From Azolla caroliniana (taxonomy: Eukaryota; Plantae; Polypodiophyta), in contig JBHGNT010000010.1 in assembly GCA_043228905.1 (NCBI GenBank), positions 1,426,001 through 1,490,000 of the forward strand: a stretch of DNA of 64,000 bases, given 5' to 3'. A program made the translations under genes and the position numbers. The notes below the pieces were generated by a model. It saw nothing but the letters and a program-made list of their open reading frames with translations. It had not been told where the DNA came from and did not search any database. Positions 22,901 to 34,262 of the stretch are shown in pieces (position 1 is the stretch's first letter; each line of letters starts with the position of its first letter).

Positions 22901-25171
22901 AGAGGTCTCGTTTCTCTTGGTGCTGATGTCGGGTGTGATGCGGCTGCTTGTTTGCCATACTGGCAATGCTCGCAGAATTGATGGTCGGAGAAGGAGAGTT
23001 TAGGGATGTATCCGGCTCTAGATAGATGCGTAATGCCGGCCTTGCTGAGGTGTCCTAATCTTCTGTGCCATAGTGATGACACAGGAATATCCACCAAAAA
23101 CAGGTTACCCTCTCTGAGCGTAACATGTAACGGATACAGTGAGTGTATCTTGGGTCCTCTAGCAAGCAGGAGGTTCCCCCTGTGGAGTGTCCACCCTCCC
23201 GAAGAAAAACCGGCACGAATGCCGTCTTCATCTAGTTGTCCGACTGAGATCAATGGCCTTGAGAGCTCGGGTACATGTCGGACATTGTGAAGTACAAGTG
23301 TAGAGCCACCTGCAAGGTTGAGCTCTACTGTGCCGATTCCAATGATGTCACAGTGTTGCGAGTTACCGACTCGAACTGAGTCGGAGTGACGGATCGTATA
23401 TTGCCGAAATTGGGATCGATGAGGAGTCACGTGAAATGACGCGCCCGAATCTAAGAGCCATGTGCTCGATTCTTCAGTCATGAGCAGAACTTCTGATCCG
23501 ACTGGATTTTCGATTGATAGTATATTCGGGTCGTTTGGTAGCACATCAGCTGAGAAGCTGACGTAATTGATCTCCTCATGCCGGCCACTCTTCTTGTCTG
23601 ATCTCTGAGACTTGTCGTTCTTGTTCTTGAGTGCGCGGCAGTCGGCTTTGATGTGTCCGGGTTTCTTGCAATAGTTGCAGATTCGATTATCCCGTGACTG
23701 GCTCCGTCTTCGCTGATTGTTCGGCGGCCGTGAGGAATCCCTTCCTCGTATGTTCGATCGGTATGTCGAACCTTGTACTACGTAAGCGTCGTCTGTTGAG
23801 TCTTTGGCGAAAGACTTTCTCCGAGCTGCTTCGGTCAGGATTGCGCTCGTGACTTCGGAGTATTTAACAGCCGTGGTTGACGCGTTGCACACGGTTGTGA
23901 CGAAAGTTTCCCACGATGAGGGAAGGCTGCTCATGAGTATCATTGCTCTGAGTTCATCCTCGATTGCCGTCCCCTGTGACGAGATTTGGGAGCTTATGCT
24001 TTCGTACTCATTGAGATGTGCTTGAACCGAATCGGATTCTTTCATCCGCAAGTTGTAGAGGCGCCGGATCAGAAACATCTTCGTTGCAGCGACCTTCTTT
24101 TCGTAGGTGTCCGACAGTGTTTTCCACAGTTCGAATGCTGTCGTACACGATTGCACCGTAAAGTATACCGATTCCGATAGGTGCATCCGAATCGTGGCGC
24201 GGACGATTCTGTCCAGCTTCTGCCACTCAATTGGTTTGTATCCTTCTGGAGGTTCTTCATTTTCGATGGGATCGATTTGCCCCTTGACTATGAGATAGTC
24301 CTGCATTTGCTCCTTCCAGAAGTTGAAGTTCGATCCATCGAACTTTCGTAGACTCATTTCTGACGAGCCGGATGTTGATGCCATCAAATTTGGTTTCGGT
24401 TGACGAAGCTCGGTTCGGAGTTGACTACGAACCTTGTTGGAGTGCAGCCAGTTGGCTCACCCGGTATCGTTCTAGTCGAATTTGAACCCGAGTCGGTTCG
24501 GCTTCAGATATATGTATTGTTGAACTTGCTCGAATTGACTCCGGTAACTTGAGGGACAGAACCGACTGGTCTTCCCGAATGTTGCCGAGTCGGAGTGAGC
24601 CCGGTTCGCTTCCGAATATATATGCCAAATACCGATTATTGAATCCGATTGTTTGGACCGATTCTGCTTCGGGTGACTGCAGCGACGAGAGAGACGGATC
24701 CAACTGATCCTCTCGAATGTCGATCAGCCGGATGAAGCACGAATTGGGGTTGTTGTCTTGAGACCGATCTGCACCGAGTGGTTACAATGAGCGGCGAGCA
24801 GCGTTTGATGACCTCTTCGGATGCCGTTTAACCGAGTGGAGCACGATCGTGTCAATGTTGCACAAGGGGATTTCGCCTCGAGCGGTTACGATCACAAGAA
24901 ACAGAGTACAACCAGCTGGCTTACTCCAAGCGAAGATGATCTAACGCGATGAGATGCAAGCCTCGTTTTTTTCTTCTTCTTCTCTCTTCTTCGAATGACG
25001 CAGGAAACCGAATGTTGTGCAGGCTGAGACGACGTCCGACAGCGGATTGAAGGACCGAATACTGTGCAGGCTCTGATACCAGATGTTGGAGACAAGGTCG
25101 TCTATGCGGAAGATCAAGAAGCATTCGATTCTGTTCTGTACCTGCGTATGACAGTTTCTAGGTCGTTGCAC

Positions 25172-25214
<43 letters not shown>

Positions 25215-25400
25215 CACAAAACGACTCTTTCTATTCCATAAAGCAATAATACAACCCAACCTTACAAAAAGGTTACAAGGTCACTATATATAGTGACAGA
25301 CTTAGGGCATCTACCATTTATGCTAATTACACAAATGGCCCAAACTTGATCTATACAAAGGGATAGTGTGAATACGTCCATTATACACTTGTATTCGACA
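19852..25400 (-). mobile_element. Intact, very young Ty1/copia retrotransposon (copia-2)
   Basis: 317-bp LTRs at 19852-20168 and 25084-25400 appear identical, including the (GA)n tract. TSD ATTTG/ATTTG. PBS TGGTATCAGAGC on the minus strand at ~25070-25081. PPT next to 20169. Confidence 0.98.
20362..24387 (-). CDS. Copia gag-pol polyprotein (1341 aa, uninterrupted)
   Basis: CNYCKKPGHIKADC, WLLDSGAS, WHRRLGH..CEHC, VHSDVC/DNGGEF, YVDDM and ADGMTK in one ORF. Confidence 0.96.
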   Translation of the reverse strand: MMASTSGSSEMSLRKFDGSNFNFWKEQMQDYLIVKGQIDPIENEEPPEGYKPIEWQKLDRIVRATIRMHLSESVYFTVQSCTTAFELWKTLSDTYEKKVAATKMFLIRRLYNLRMKESDSVQAHLNEYESISSQISSQGTAIEDELRAMILMSSLPSSWETFVTTVCNASTTAVKYSEVTSAILTEAARRKSFAKDSTDDAYVVQGSTYRSNIRGRDSSRPPNNQRRRSQSRDNRICNYCKKPGHIKADCRALKNKNDKSQRSDKKSGRHEEINYVSFSADVLPNDPNILSIENPVGSEVLLMTEESSTWLLDSGASFHVTPHRSQFRQYTIRHSDSVRVGNSQHCDIIGIGTVELNLAGGSTLVLHNVRHVPELSRPLISVGQLDEDGIRAGFSSGGWTLHRGNLLLARGPKIHSLYPLHVTLREGNLFLVDIPVSSLWHRRLGHLSKAGITHLSRAGYIPKLSFSDHQFCEHCQYGKQAAASHPTSAPRETRPLDLVHSDVCGPMPHQSLGGASYFVSFIDDSTRKVWAYPIRTKDRVFSIFSDWLAMVENQTDRKLKCFRTDNGGEFKSEEFVKFCRQRGIRREFTAPHSPEQNGIAERMNRTIQERIVSMLQHSGLSDGFWAEALLTAVHIINMSPSRPLGLQIPQELWISSKPNYDKLRIFGCEAYALIPKDDRRKLAPRSRKCIFLGYGSDGEMGYRLWDPERRQIVRSSDVVFNESAMNPSVKTPIEVRRVIFSDVPTLQEGPALNTRSASRVAEPYTTDSDNSDSAQQLSDHPTSIPDATSPIIPRRSERLSQPPERYSPGIFFTDAGEPTSYEEASTSVDSATWHLAMESEMHSIRANKTWDLVELPRNRRALPCKWVYRLKETSDSTTPKYKARLVAKGFRQEYGVDFDEIFSPVVKMTTLRFLLGVVAADNLELIQLDVKTTFLHGDLEEEIYMEQPKGFVATGQEHLVCRLRKSLYGLKQAPRQWYKKFDDFIQSIGFSKSDEDHCFFTNTAQDGSPIFLIIYVDDMLISGRHAGELADLIRQLRLKFAMRDLGPARHILGMKISRHRDQRHLFLSQTDYIGRVLERFNMQSAKSASTPLPMNLRLSQRDCPTSGPEGEDMKSVPYAPAVGSLMYLMVATRPDISHAVGVVSRFMHNPGRSHWNAVKHVFKYLAGTKDHGILFGPNSTTGVVGYTDSDFAGCIDSRKSTTRYCFKFGNGAISWKSKLQECTATSTTEAEYVAASDTAKEALWLGRLAHTFRQVDHDSAPVVYSDSQGAVALSKNPVHHNASKHIDVRYHFVRDCVISGKIGLEKISTTDNVADGMTKCLSADRFRSLRHQMGVTTNQSG

Positions 25401-28104
25401 ATTTGCACGGTCCAAGTACCGAGGATTCAATTATCAACCATTTCTTCTTGATCTTTAAAGAACACATCCCACCATGGTGTATCTTGTTCACCAGCATACT
25501 TCTTTGCATTACCAATGCGCCTGCATTTGTCTTGTAAGGCTTGTATCCGAAAGTCCTTCTGATGATCAACCAACTCATTGTGCACTATCTTTTTAGTCTC
25601 AATCGGCATTTGTTTTGCACTATAAATAGTAGTAGAAGGCAAATGAAGTAGAAACTAACATCCCCCTTCTCGCTCCTATCGGGGGGAAGATGAATACTGC
25701 TTTGCATATAACAACGTACAACCACTAAGATCATTTTGCTTTATCAAGAAAACATGATTGAAGTTTATATTATTTAATGGAGCTAAAACTTTGGCATTTC
25801 AATCCCCACCATTTGAGATGTATCTCTTGAAGTCATATATCTCCTTCAAGTGTTGTACATTTGGACATGGCGTATATGCATCACAAATTATGTCGAATAG
25901 CTTAGGTAAGGTGAAAGCATCATATCGTGATAACTGCCTGGAGAAAGTGTTGAACATCTTATTCATATGGTCATGTGTGTGACCAGCAAACAGAAAGTTA
26001 ATTTTCACTTTCCTAAAGACTCATTGGTTCACCAACATACTCAAATAATTGAAGATTGTTGAATTCTTGTTTTCTCGAGTAGTATTCTCCAATTGAATAT
26101 ACAGAACCGGTGGCAAGGGTTGCCCCCAAGACATCAAAACCCTTTGAATCACAATGACTCAGGTTAAATTAGGGTCATTGTGGACATTTGGGTAAGTAAC
26201 GAAGACGTGAGGTTTAACAGTCCCATTATAAGCCAAACAACCCGCCAAGCTAATCTGAACGAGATATTCATCGTTGAAGTCTTTAGGAAGCCTTCTAAGG
26301 TGAGGTAGACATGTCTTCTTTTGGTCCATTCCATCTATTAACATTAGACACATATTGCTCATGTTTGTTCATTGACTTGTCCCTATGGTGCATAACTCTC
26401 TTTTGCTCTAATGCTTGGGCTTCTTGATGGTCCTGTAACAACTTCTTATTGATGTCCTTCTCCATTGTTGTCTTGGCCCCTTTAGCGACACTCTTAAAGT
26501 TTGGACATATTGAACAATACCCCATGCGTACTTTTCAAGGTATAATAACGTTACTAAATTGTGATGTCCACTATCTTCTCAACTGATTGAAGGTGGATTA
26601 CTTATCGTTGAATGTACACATCTCCGATCTATAGGAATCGTAAACTTCTCGACGTGTGTAATTATCAGAGAGATGCAACCTATCAGTAGTTGGCATTACC
26701 TCACAATTAAGCTTAACGCATGTCTTCATCCAGTTGATCGCATTTCTTCCTGATGCACCCTTTATACTTGCCACATGTCGGTTTCACTATTAGGATCACC
26801 ATTCAAAACTCGTAGTTGCACTCTATGTAATCTCATGTTGCTAACGCATAGTGCAATCTTGAATGCTACTCTACAACATTGTTGCGCCATGAAGAGAAAA
26901 TACTCGAAGGAGATCAAGTTGTCAGATGTTTTGTTTGATACCATCTGTAAGTGTGTCATAAGATAAGTGTCATGTTCATCACTAGTTAGAGAAAAATAGT
27001 AACGCCACAACGACTGCAAGTTGTCCTTTCCAATCCTTGACATACACCCACAAGCGCAGCATACGTTGTTAACATCTAAGGTAAGTTGATTCTTAGATGT
27101 CACTAGAGCAAATCTATCTTGACTTATATGGTGCGCAACCCTCCTAAAAGGGCTTACTGACTTGATTTCCTTTATGTTGGCAATTGGTGTCTCATCTTGC
27201 GCAAGATTGTTTGTCTATCTACCACTTGAAACACTTGTCAAACTTTGAAACACATTCCTTGCATTCGTCGATTCCTCATTGGGATCATACTCATCAACAG
27301 AGAACTCTTGACTTAGTGCCATACTTTGTAGAGCCTCAATATTCAATCAACCAAGGCAGTATTCCTCCATCGAGAAAGGAGAACCCGTGGACAATGGGTA
27401 TTCTTCCGTGAGAGAAAATGGTGAGTTAGGGTTCATTTTTCAAGCTTATTCTATGCAATCAGGTTAACTAAAAAGGTAGACAAGAGTTTGCTTCACAACA
27501 ATAAACATATAGATCTTTAAGCTTACATAGGTCCTATATATGAATATTAATATATATAAAAATTGATATTTAATTAAGAAATGTACTTTAAATATTTATA
27601 CATGTGCATTAAAAGCACTTTTTTAATTGGTATCACCCGTGCACATAAATTCTTGCACAATGATCCTTCTTAAAACCACGTGCACTTAAATTCTTGCACA
27701 TAAATTAGTGCACATTGATCCTTCTTAACCCACGTACATAGAAAAAAAGCTAACAATCATAGGTGCACATAATTTCATGCATTTATGTATTGACAAGTAC
27801 ATGCACTTTAAGTGTTTATGAATAGTAATAAATAAATAAATAAATAAAACTAACTATAGTTAGTCTTAACTAACCCTACTTACCTTTTCCTCCTATATAT
27901 AGGAGGATCACTTCCTTTTTTTTCGCACTTGCACACGACCAATCAAAGAGCACTAGATGGCCACAAAGCACACACGACACCGACACATGCATACTCCACC
28001 TCCAACTCAACATGTCGAGCAAAAAGACATCTAGGACTAACTCCAAGTATGCCTCAACCCTAAAGTATACAGACATATTATTTTTAAACCCCTTTCCCCA
28101 ACAC

Positions 28105-28353
28105 GTAGTATCGAGTTGGAGTCCAACTCGATACATTGTATCGTGATGGAGTCCCAACTCTACTGCAATGTATTGAGTTGGAGTCCCAACTCGATACAAT
28201 GGATAGAGATGGGACTCCATCTCGATACAATGTCTGGAGATGGAGTCTCATCCCGATACAATGTATCGAGTTGGAAGGTCAACTTGATACAATGTATCGA
28301 GTTGGGTCCCGAGGAGCTACAACTTGATACAATGTACCTTGTTGAGGCCCAAC
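28105..28353. repeat. Palindrome array in copy B intron 1, ~31-bp period, continuing at 35335-35395
   Basis: AACTCGATAC-AAT-GTATCGAGTT-like cores at 28125, 28156, 28188, 28219, 28250, 28281, 28321, 35340 and 35371. Confidence 0.88.
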
Positions 28354-28867
28354 CAAGGTTGTTAGGTACGGTACGGATACCATACATATATAACGTATTA
28401 ATATGCATATAGTACCTCCCAATTTAAAAATACGTTAAATACATTTTCTTAATATGTTAAATACTTATAAAATACGTAAGATACGTATTTTACATATAGT
28501 ACGTTAAATACTTCTAGAATTTGAAAATTATTTACCTTTCTAAAAAAAATCTATAATGTTGTAAAAAACATCTATGTTTACACAATTTTGTGATGTACAG
28601 TATAGTTCTACATCCTTTTCTTTGGTATTATAAAATCATAAGCAATACACCTTGGTATTATAAAATCATAAGCAATACAAAAGTTGATGGTTGTTTTGGT
28701 GAGAAGAAGAACCCCACCAAAACAAAGCTAATGCTAACCATAAATTCATCCATCCATTCATGAGGAGAAAGGAACCTAAAAACATTTTCTATTCGTGGGT
28801 ATTTGCAGCCTCCATGCCGATGAGAGATGGCTGAAATAATACTTTGGACATCGGAATCGTTGTACAC

Positions 28868-29097
28868 CTGTAGTTATCACTCCATTCCACAATATAACAT
28901 TTTAGCTTGACAACTTTCCAAGCAGTTTTTGTGCTTTCAAAGGAGCACCACATTTAACACACATGCTAATCAAAACAGTTGCTACATATGAGCTTTTTCC
29001 AGCAACCCTTTTCTCACAATATATGCACGTATTCTAGAACCCTCACAAAGATCCTTCCACCAAGCACAAGCTTTGAGAAATGACACAACATTGAAAT
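28868..29097 (-). pseudogene. Captured PLS-class PPR gene fragment
   Basis: My own translation gives VSFLKACAWWKDLCEGSRIRAYIVRKGLLEK..ATVLISMCVKCGAPLKAQKLL...NVILWNGVI, with frameshift and stop. Confidence 0.65.
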
Positions 29098-29384
29098 GTT
29101 CTTTTGACATTCTCTTCTTTTCTCTTAAATTTCCCCTGTTTTAAGTTTTTGACTGATTCCCTTGTACTCTCATCATAGCCAATTTGTTGAGCATAGTCAA
29201 CAGTAGCAGCAACTTTCCAGCGCCATTCCTCATAGTCGATTTGATGTGTATATCCAAGAACAACACATATTTGTACACCATATCTCCAAGATTTTTATCG
29301 TCTACTCCTCCCAAACTGCAATTGAGCATTCAATGTAACCTTTAACACCCAAAATCTGTAACAACAGAATGTCCATAAACAAAG

Positions 29385-32300
29385 TTAGTAGACATTGTTT
29401 CCCAAAATCACGGGAACAGTATACATCCAAATTATGTGATCTCCATCTTCCCTCAAAATGAGCATAGAGGTCCATATCCTTTTAAAATACATTTGCTTCC
29501 TAAAAATGGCATCAACATTGCCTATGAAACTTTCACACTGACCACGTAATGTATGAACAAGTAACAACCAGAATTCAACGATTATAACAACAACATCTTG
29601 AGTGACATTATCAAATATTGATGCACATCGCGCTTTCCAAATTACCCACATCAGAATAGATGAAATTGTCTTCCATATAATATCATCCCTAAATTGCAAA
29701 CTATCACTTATAAAAGGTTGAACCATTTGTATATGAGGAGGAACTATGTGAAAAGCTTCCACTATATCCTCCTTTTCATATAACAAGAGATGACCCTCTA
29801 GAATGCCCCACCTAACCGCACCCCAAGTGACAACACAATTAGCATGTATCAATATCAACAACCTTAATACTGTCTGCCATATTTGCATAATTTTAGGACA
29901 AGACCACAATAGATGCTTAATTGATTCTACCATACATCCACAACCAAAACCACATGACTTACTATCTAATTGCTGCAACCAAGCCCGAACTGGTAGTGCA
30001 TAATGGATCAATAACCAGTGAAAATGGACAATCTTCTTAGGAATTTGCATACTCCATAACCATTTCCAATATTTAGATGCATCCATTAAAGAGGCTCCAT
30101 TTGCCAACCACACTTTCATAGCAGATGGCAGATGAAATTTCCTACTTAAGAGCAACTTTCGTCCCAACTTCATAGAATATTGGAAAATTTGAAAAAATTT
30201 AGTATGAGACGAAGGATTTGTATGTTTCCAAAGATAATTTGATGGATCCAACAATGACTTTTTTTTTAAAACCCATAGTTGGCAAATTAACATACTATCT
30301 GAAGGAGAAGGATCTAAAATCCATTTTTTACCCGATTTACCAATCACTGTCACCGGATGTTGCAATGTCGTTTGCCAAATTGACGATTCCACATTAGTCT
30401 GCCATAATCTTCCTTCCTTAGACACATCAAAATAGTAACAGTCTCATTGAGATGTTGTTCCTTTTACTCCAATAATAAAACCAACCGGAGTAAAATATCC
30501 AAACCAAACATGCTCAAAAGAAGGTGACCAATTAGAGAGAAAATTCCCTAAAGATGATTGAATTTCATCAAACATAACTCTAAAACCTCTACACATGGTA
30601 GCATCTAGCTATGAATTATTCAGATGAAAAACATAATTTCCCCAAGAGGCTACCATGGCAGTTATACCATTATCCAATGTAACCCATTGTAATCGCGGTC
30701 TACTACCAAGCAATACACCCCTTTCATCAGAAAAAATAAAATTCTAAATCAAAGGTTGCCGCAATAGTTCTTCATTTGAAGAGGGGCATCTACGAATAAA
30801 AAAAAACTTAACAGCTTCCCATGCTTTACAAATGCCAACCATAAAACCATCTATTGGACCATGTATTGTTCTCATCTTAAAATTTGACAAGAATGCCCAT
30901 CTTAGAGATGGTTTCCAAAACCCCCCCGTAGACGGTTTAATATCAAAAAATCGATTTAAAAGAAATTCTAACCATATACCTTAAGCAAGCAACATAGCCC
31001 TAACAACAAATTTTGCCAAAGGAGGCTTACATTGGTTGTCTGGGTCTACCAACCCTAAACCACCATCAGAAAATTGTGTCGTAAGTGTCAACCAAACTAC
31101 CTTCGCACGAGCATCATTATTACTTCGTCCTATCCAAATAAAGTTTTGAACCATTCGTTTAATCTGTAACAAACAGAATCTAGAGAACAAACAAGTAGAT
31201 GCAATATACCACATCAATGAAAGGAGAACTTGATTAGCTATCATTACTCTGCCTGCTAAAGACAACTATGTAGTGTCCCAAATCAACAATTTTTTCCTAA
31301 GTGATAACATTAGAGGAGCTAACAATCGCTCCTTATTCATATTTATACCAACCTGACATCCTAAGTAACGAACTCAAACTCCTTGAATCCAACAAAAAAA
31401 CTCAGATGGTCTCCATAATGGCAATGGCCGCTTAGAAACCCAAAAACCCACTAATTTACACCAATTAACTTTTGCACTAGAGGCAACACAAAATGTTTCC
31501 AATGTAGCTTGTGCTTTATTACAAATTACCTTCTTCAGCGCGCAAGTATAGTGTTGTGTCATCTGCAAACTCCACATCTAGAATCATCTTGTTAGAGATC
31601 GGTGCGACCAACCCTTGGATCCCAGCACCTGCTGAATTAAAAAAGGCTGAAAATACCCCCGGAACAATAAGAAATAAGAAAGGGGCTAACGAACACCCTT
31701 GGCGAATAGATCGTGACGTTTGAAACCTTCGTCCTCTACCTCCTACTACTAAGATAGAACTATAAGCTAATCTATACAAAGAATGCAATAATCCAAGCTT
31801 CTGGAAACCCTAATCTTCTCATCGCCTCTTCTAAAAAGTCCCAATTCACTCTATCATAAGCCTTTTCAAAATCTAACAATAAAATTACTAAGTCCTCTTT
31901 CTTTGCCATAGCTAAAGTGGACAACTCCCAAAACAAAAAAATATTACCAAATATACTCTTATCTTGCATGAAACCTGTCTGAGAAGTATGAATAATATTA
32001 GGCAATGAAGGTTGCAAATGTAGTGCCAATACCTTAGCATAAATTTTGTAAATTGTATTGAGTAATGTGATCAGTCGCCGTGCCCTAATGTCCTCCGAGG
32101 CTCCATCCCCTTTAGGGATAAGACAAATCAGCCCCTCCTTCCATTCCTCTAGCATAGCTCCCAAATAAAAAATTATCTGAAAAGCACTAGTTAACTCATT
32201 AGCTATAATGTCTCAATACTGTAAGAAAACATCTCTTATTAGTTCATCCTCTCCCGGGAAAACCTCTGAACCCAAAGATTTTAATGCTTGCAGAACCTCA

Positions 32301-34262
32301 AAAGAATAAAAAGGGCATAAAAGAGTTTGAACCATTCGATTTGTAACACATGGTTTTGTTGTACCGAAAACTATAGCCCTCATTGCCGATACATTTTGAC
32401 TCACCTCATCAGCTGACAAAAATTGTTGATAATATCACGATGCCAACTCTCGCATTTCATCTGGATCTGTTGCAAGAGTACCATCATCCCTCTTTAATGC
32501 ACCAATCTGAAACTTCCGCGGTCTTGGAGTAACTACATCAAAAAATAATTTGGACATTTTGTCCCCTTTTTGAGACCATTTTGTTGCAAATGCAGAGTAT
32601 TTAAAATCAGCCATTTTAGATTGCATAAAAAAAATCTCGACTCTTAACTTCCGTAAGTTGTTTTGAAGATAAATTGAATTGATATCTCTTTCTTGCAAAT
32701 ATTGAATCAAGGCCAACCCTCTTCTTGCATTTGCCAACCGAGAGATAAGAAAAAATTTCTTATCGTTAACCTTGTTTAGAAGCAGTTTCTTAAGCTGAAA
32801 TAATGCCACGAAAACCTTAGTTAACTTATCAGGAGCAAAGACAGTAGACCAAAGGAAAGCAACACTCTCTGCAATAGAATCATCCTTCAGAATCCACTTT
32901 GGAATCTTAGCATGATCATGAAATACAACCACTCGCAATTTCAAAGTTAGCTTTACTGGTGCATGATCTGAAAAGTTTGTACCCGGCACTATCCCTAGAG
33001 ATCCACCTAACTCCCAAAAAACCTGATTTGCGTAAAACCTGTGAATCCTAGAGAGATTGGCATCCGCTACCCGCATGTTCGATCGAGAAAATTGCAAAGA
33101 CTCTACCCTTCTTGCAAAAGATTGCATAAACCATAAATCCTACAAGTTAAATTTAAAGCATAATTTTTCCCACTCAGCCAACTCAACACCTAAAATTATA
33201 ATTGTGCTCCCACCCATACGATCTGAAGGGTCTTCAAGCATATTAAAGTCCCCATCAATGCATCAATGATCCCTTATAGGGAGATCATTGCACAGTTGGC
33301 ACCAAAATTGTGCCCCTCCCCTTGTTGAATTCGGCCCATAAACATTCAAGAAGCCAACATTTTTCTCTAATATCTTTAAGACTATAAATTGGGCACGGCC
33401 ACCCTGTAAAAATCCTTTGTCTACAATCAAAGAGACCCATTTTTCAAAACATGCAATAGCAAGCCCCCCTTGTGTTCTAGATGGCCCATAAGCTGGAATC
33501 CAATCATAAAACCACCTTCCCTTCAAGAATTTACAAATTTTAGCCACCCTATTCTGTGATAAATGATGCTCTTGTATCAATAAAATGTAAAATTTACCCA
33601 CATACTGGGATGATAGTTCCTGATTAAATAAGCCTTTCTCTTTATGAAATTTATCACCTCCTAACCCTTGTACATTCCAAGAGAGTAAAGTCAACGAATC
33701 CATATCACGAAGGAGTTAACAACCTTTTATCCTTCAAGATATCACTTCGTTCCTTCTGCACTGAAGAAACTACTCTAGTAATTCTTTTTTCCATATTAGA
33801 ATTTCTATTATCCTTGTATACTCTATTTTTGTTATTCCCTATAGCCTTAACTACACTATTAGATGCTGAAAATTTATACAGAATGGGAACATTTTCATGC
33901 AACACCATCTTCTTCGAGTGATCCTCTACATTCTTTCTCACAATCTCAGCATAAGAAAATGGCACAATATCCTTAGATATAGAAATTTGTTGAATTTCTG
34001 GCTTAAAAGGACATACTTGCATGTTTGCTTGATTCTCTAAATGTTGCACCAACTTTTGAACCTTTGAAGAATTACTCATAGGCGCTACATCGTCACAAAG
34101 ACCAACCTCCCGAACCATACTAACTTGTTGGGTATCAACAATAGGTAACGGCTCGTAATGTGCTTCCACAGCCTGCGAAACAGTATTCAAAAGTGGAAAA
34201 TGTTGCAAAGGATTATCATAAATTCTATCAGGCAATTCAAATGTTTCTATCATGAATGTCAA
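29385..34262 (-). mobile_element. Degenerate L1-clade LINE (ORF1 remnant; ORF2 with APE endonuclease, RT and zf-RVT) nested in the hAT element
   Basis: LSWNVQGL/IQEHH, NVYGP and SDHAPV (EN). LDFEKAYDRV, RQGCSLAP and FADD (RT). CGFGCGCMVESIKHLLWSC (zf-RVT). Exact ends not resolved. Confidence 0.9.

Larger units (their letters stand above)
18301..27436 (-). pseudogene. Copy B transposase in pieces (27436-25406, 19846-19590, 18377-18301)
   Basis: MLIDGMDQKKTCLPHLRRLPKD, FAGHTHDHMNKMF, MGYCSIC and CCACGC align with the copy A transposase. Many stops and frameshifts. Confidence 0.88.

Noticed and set aside
20515-24298. Many short overlapping ORFs within copia-2, and similarly within copia-1
   Set aside because: Shadow frames of GC-balanced gag-pol coding sequence.
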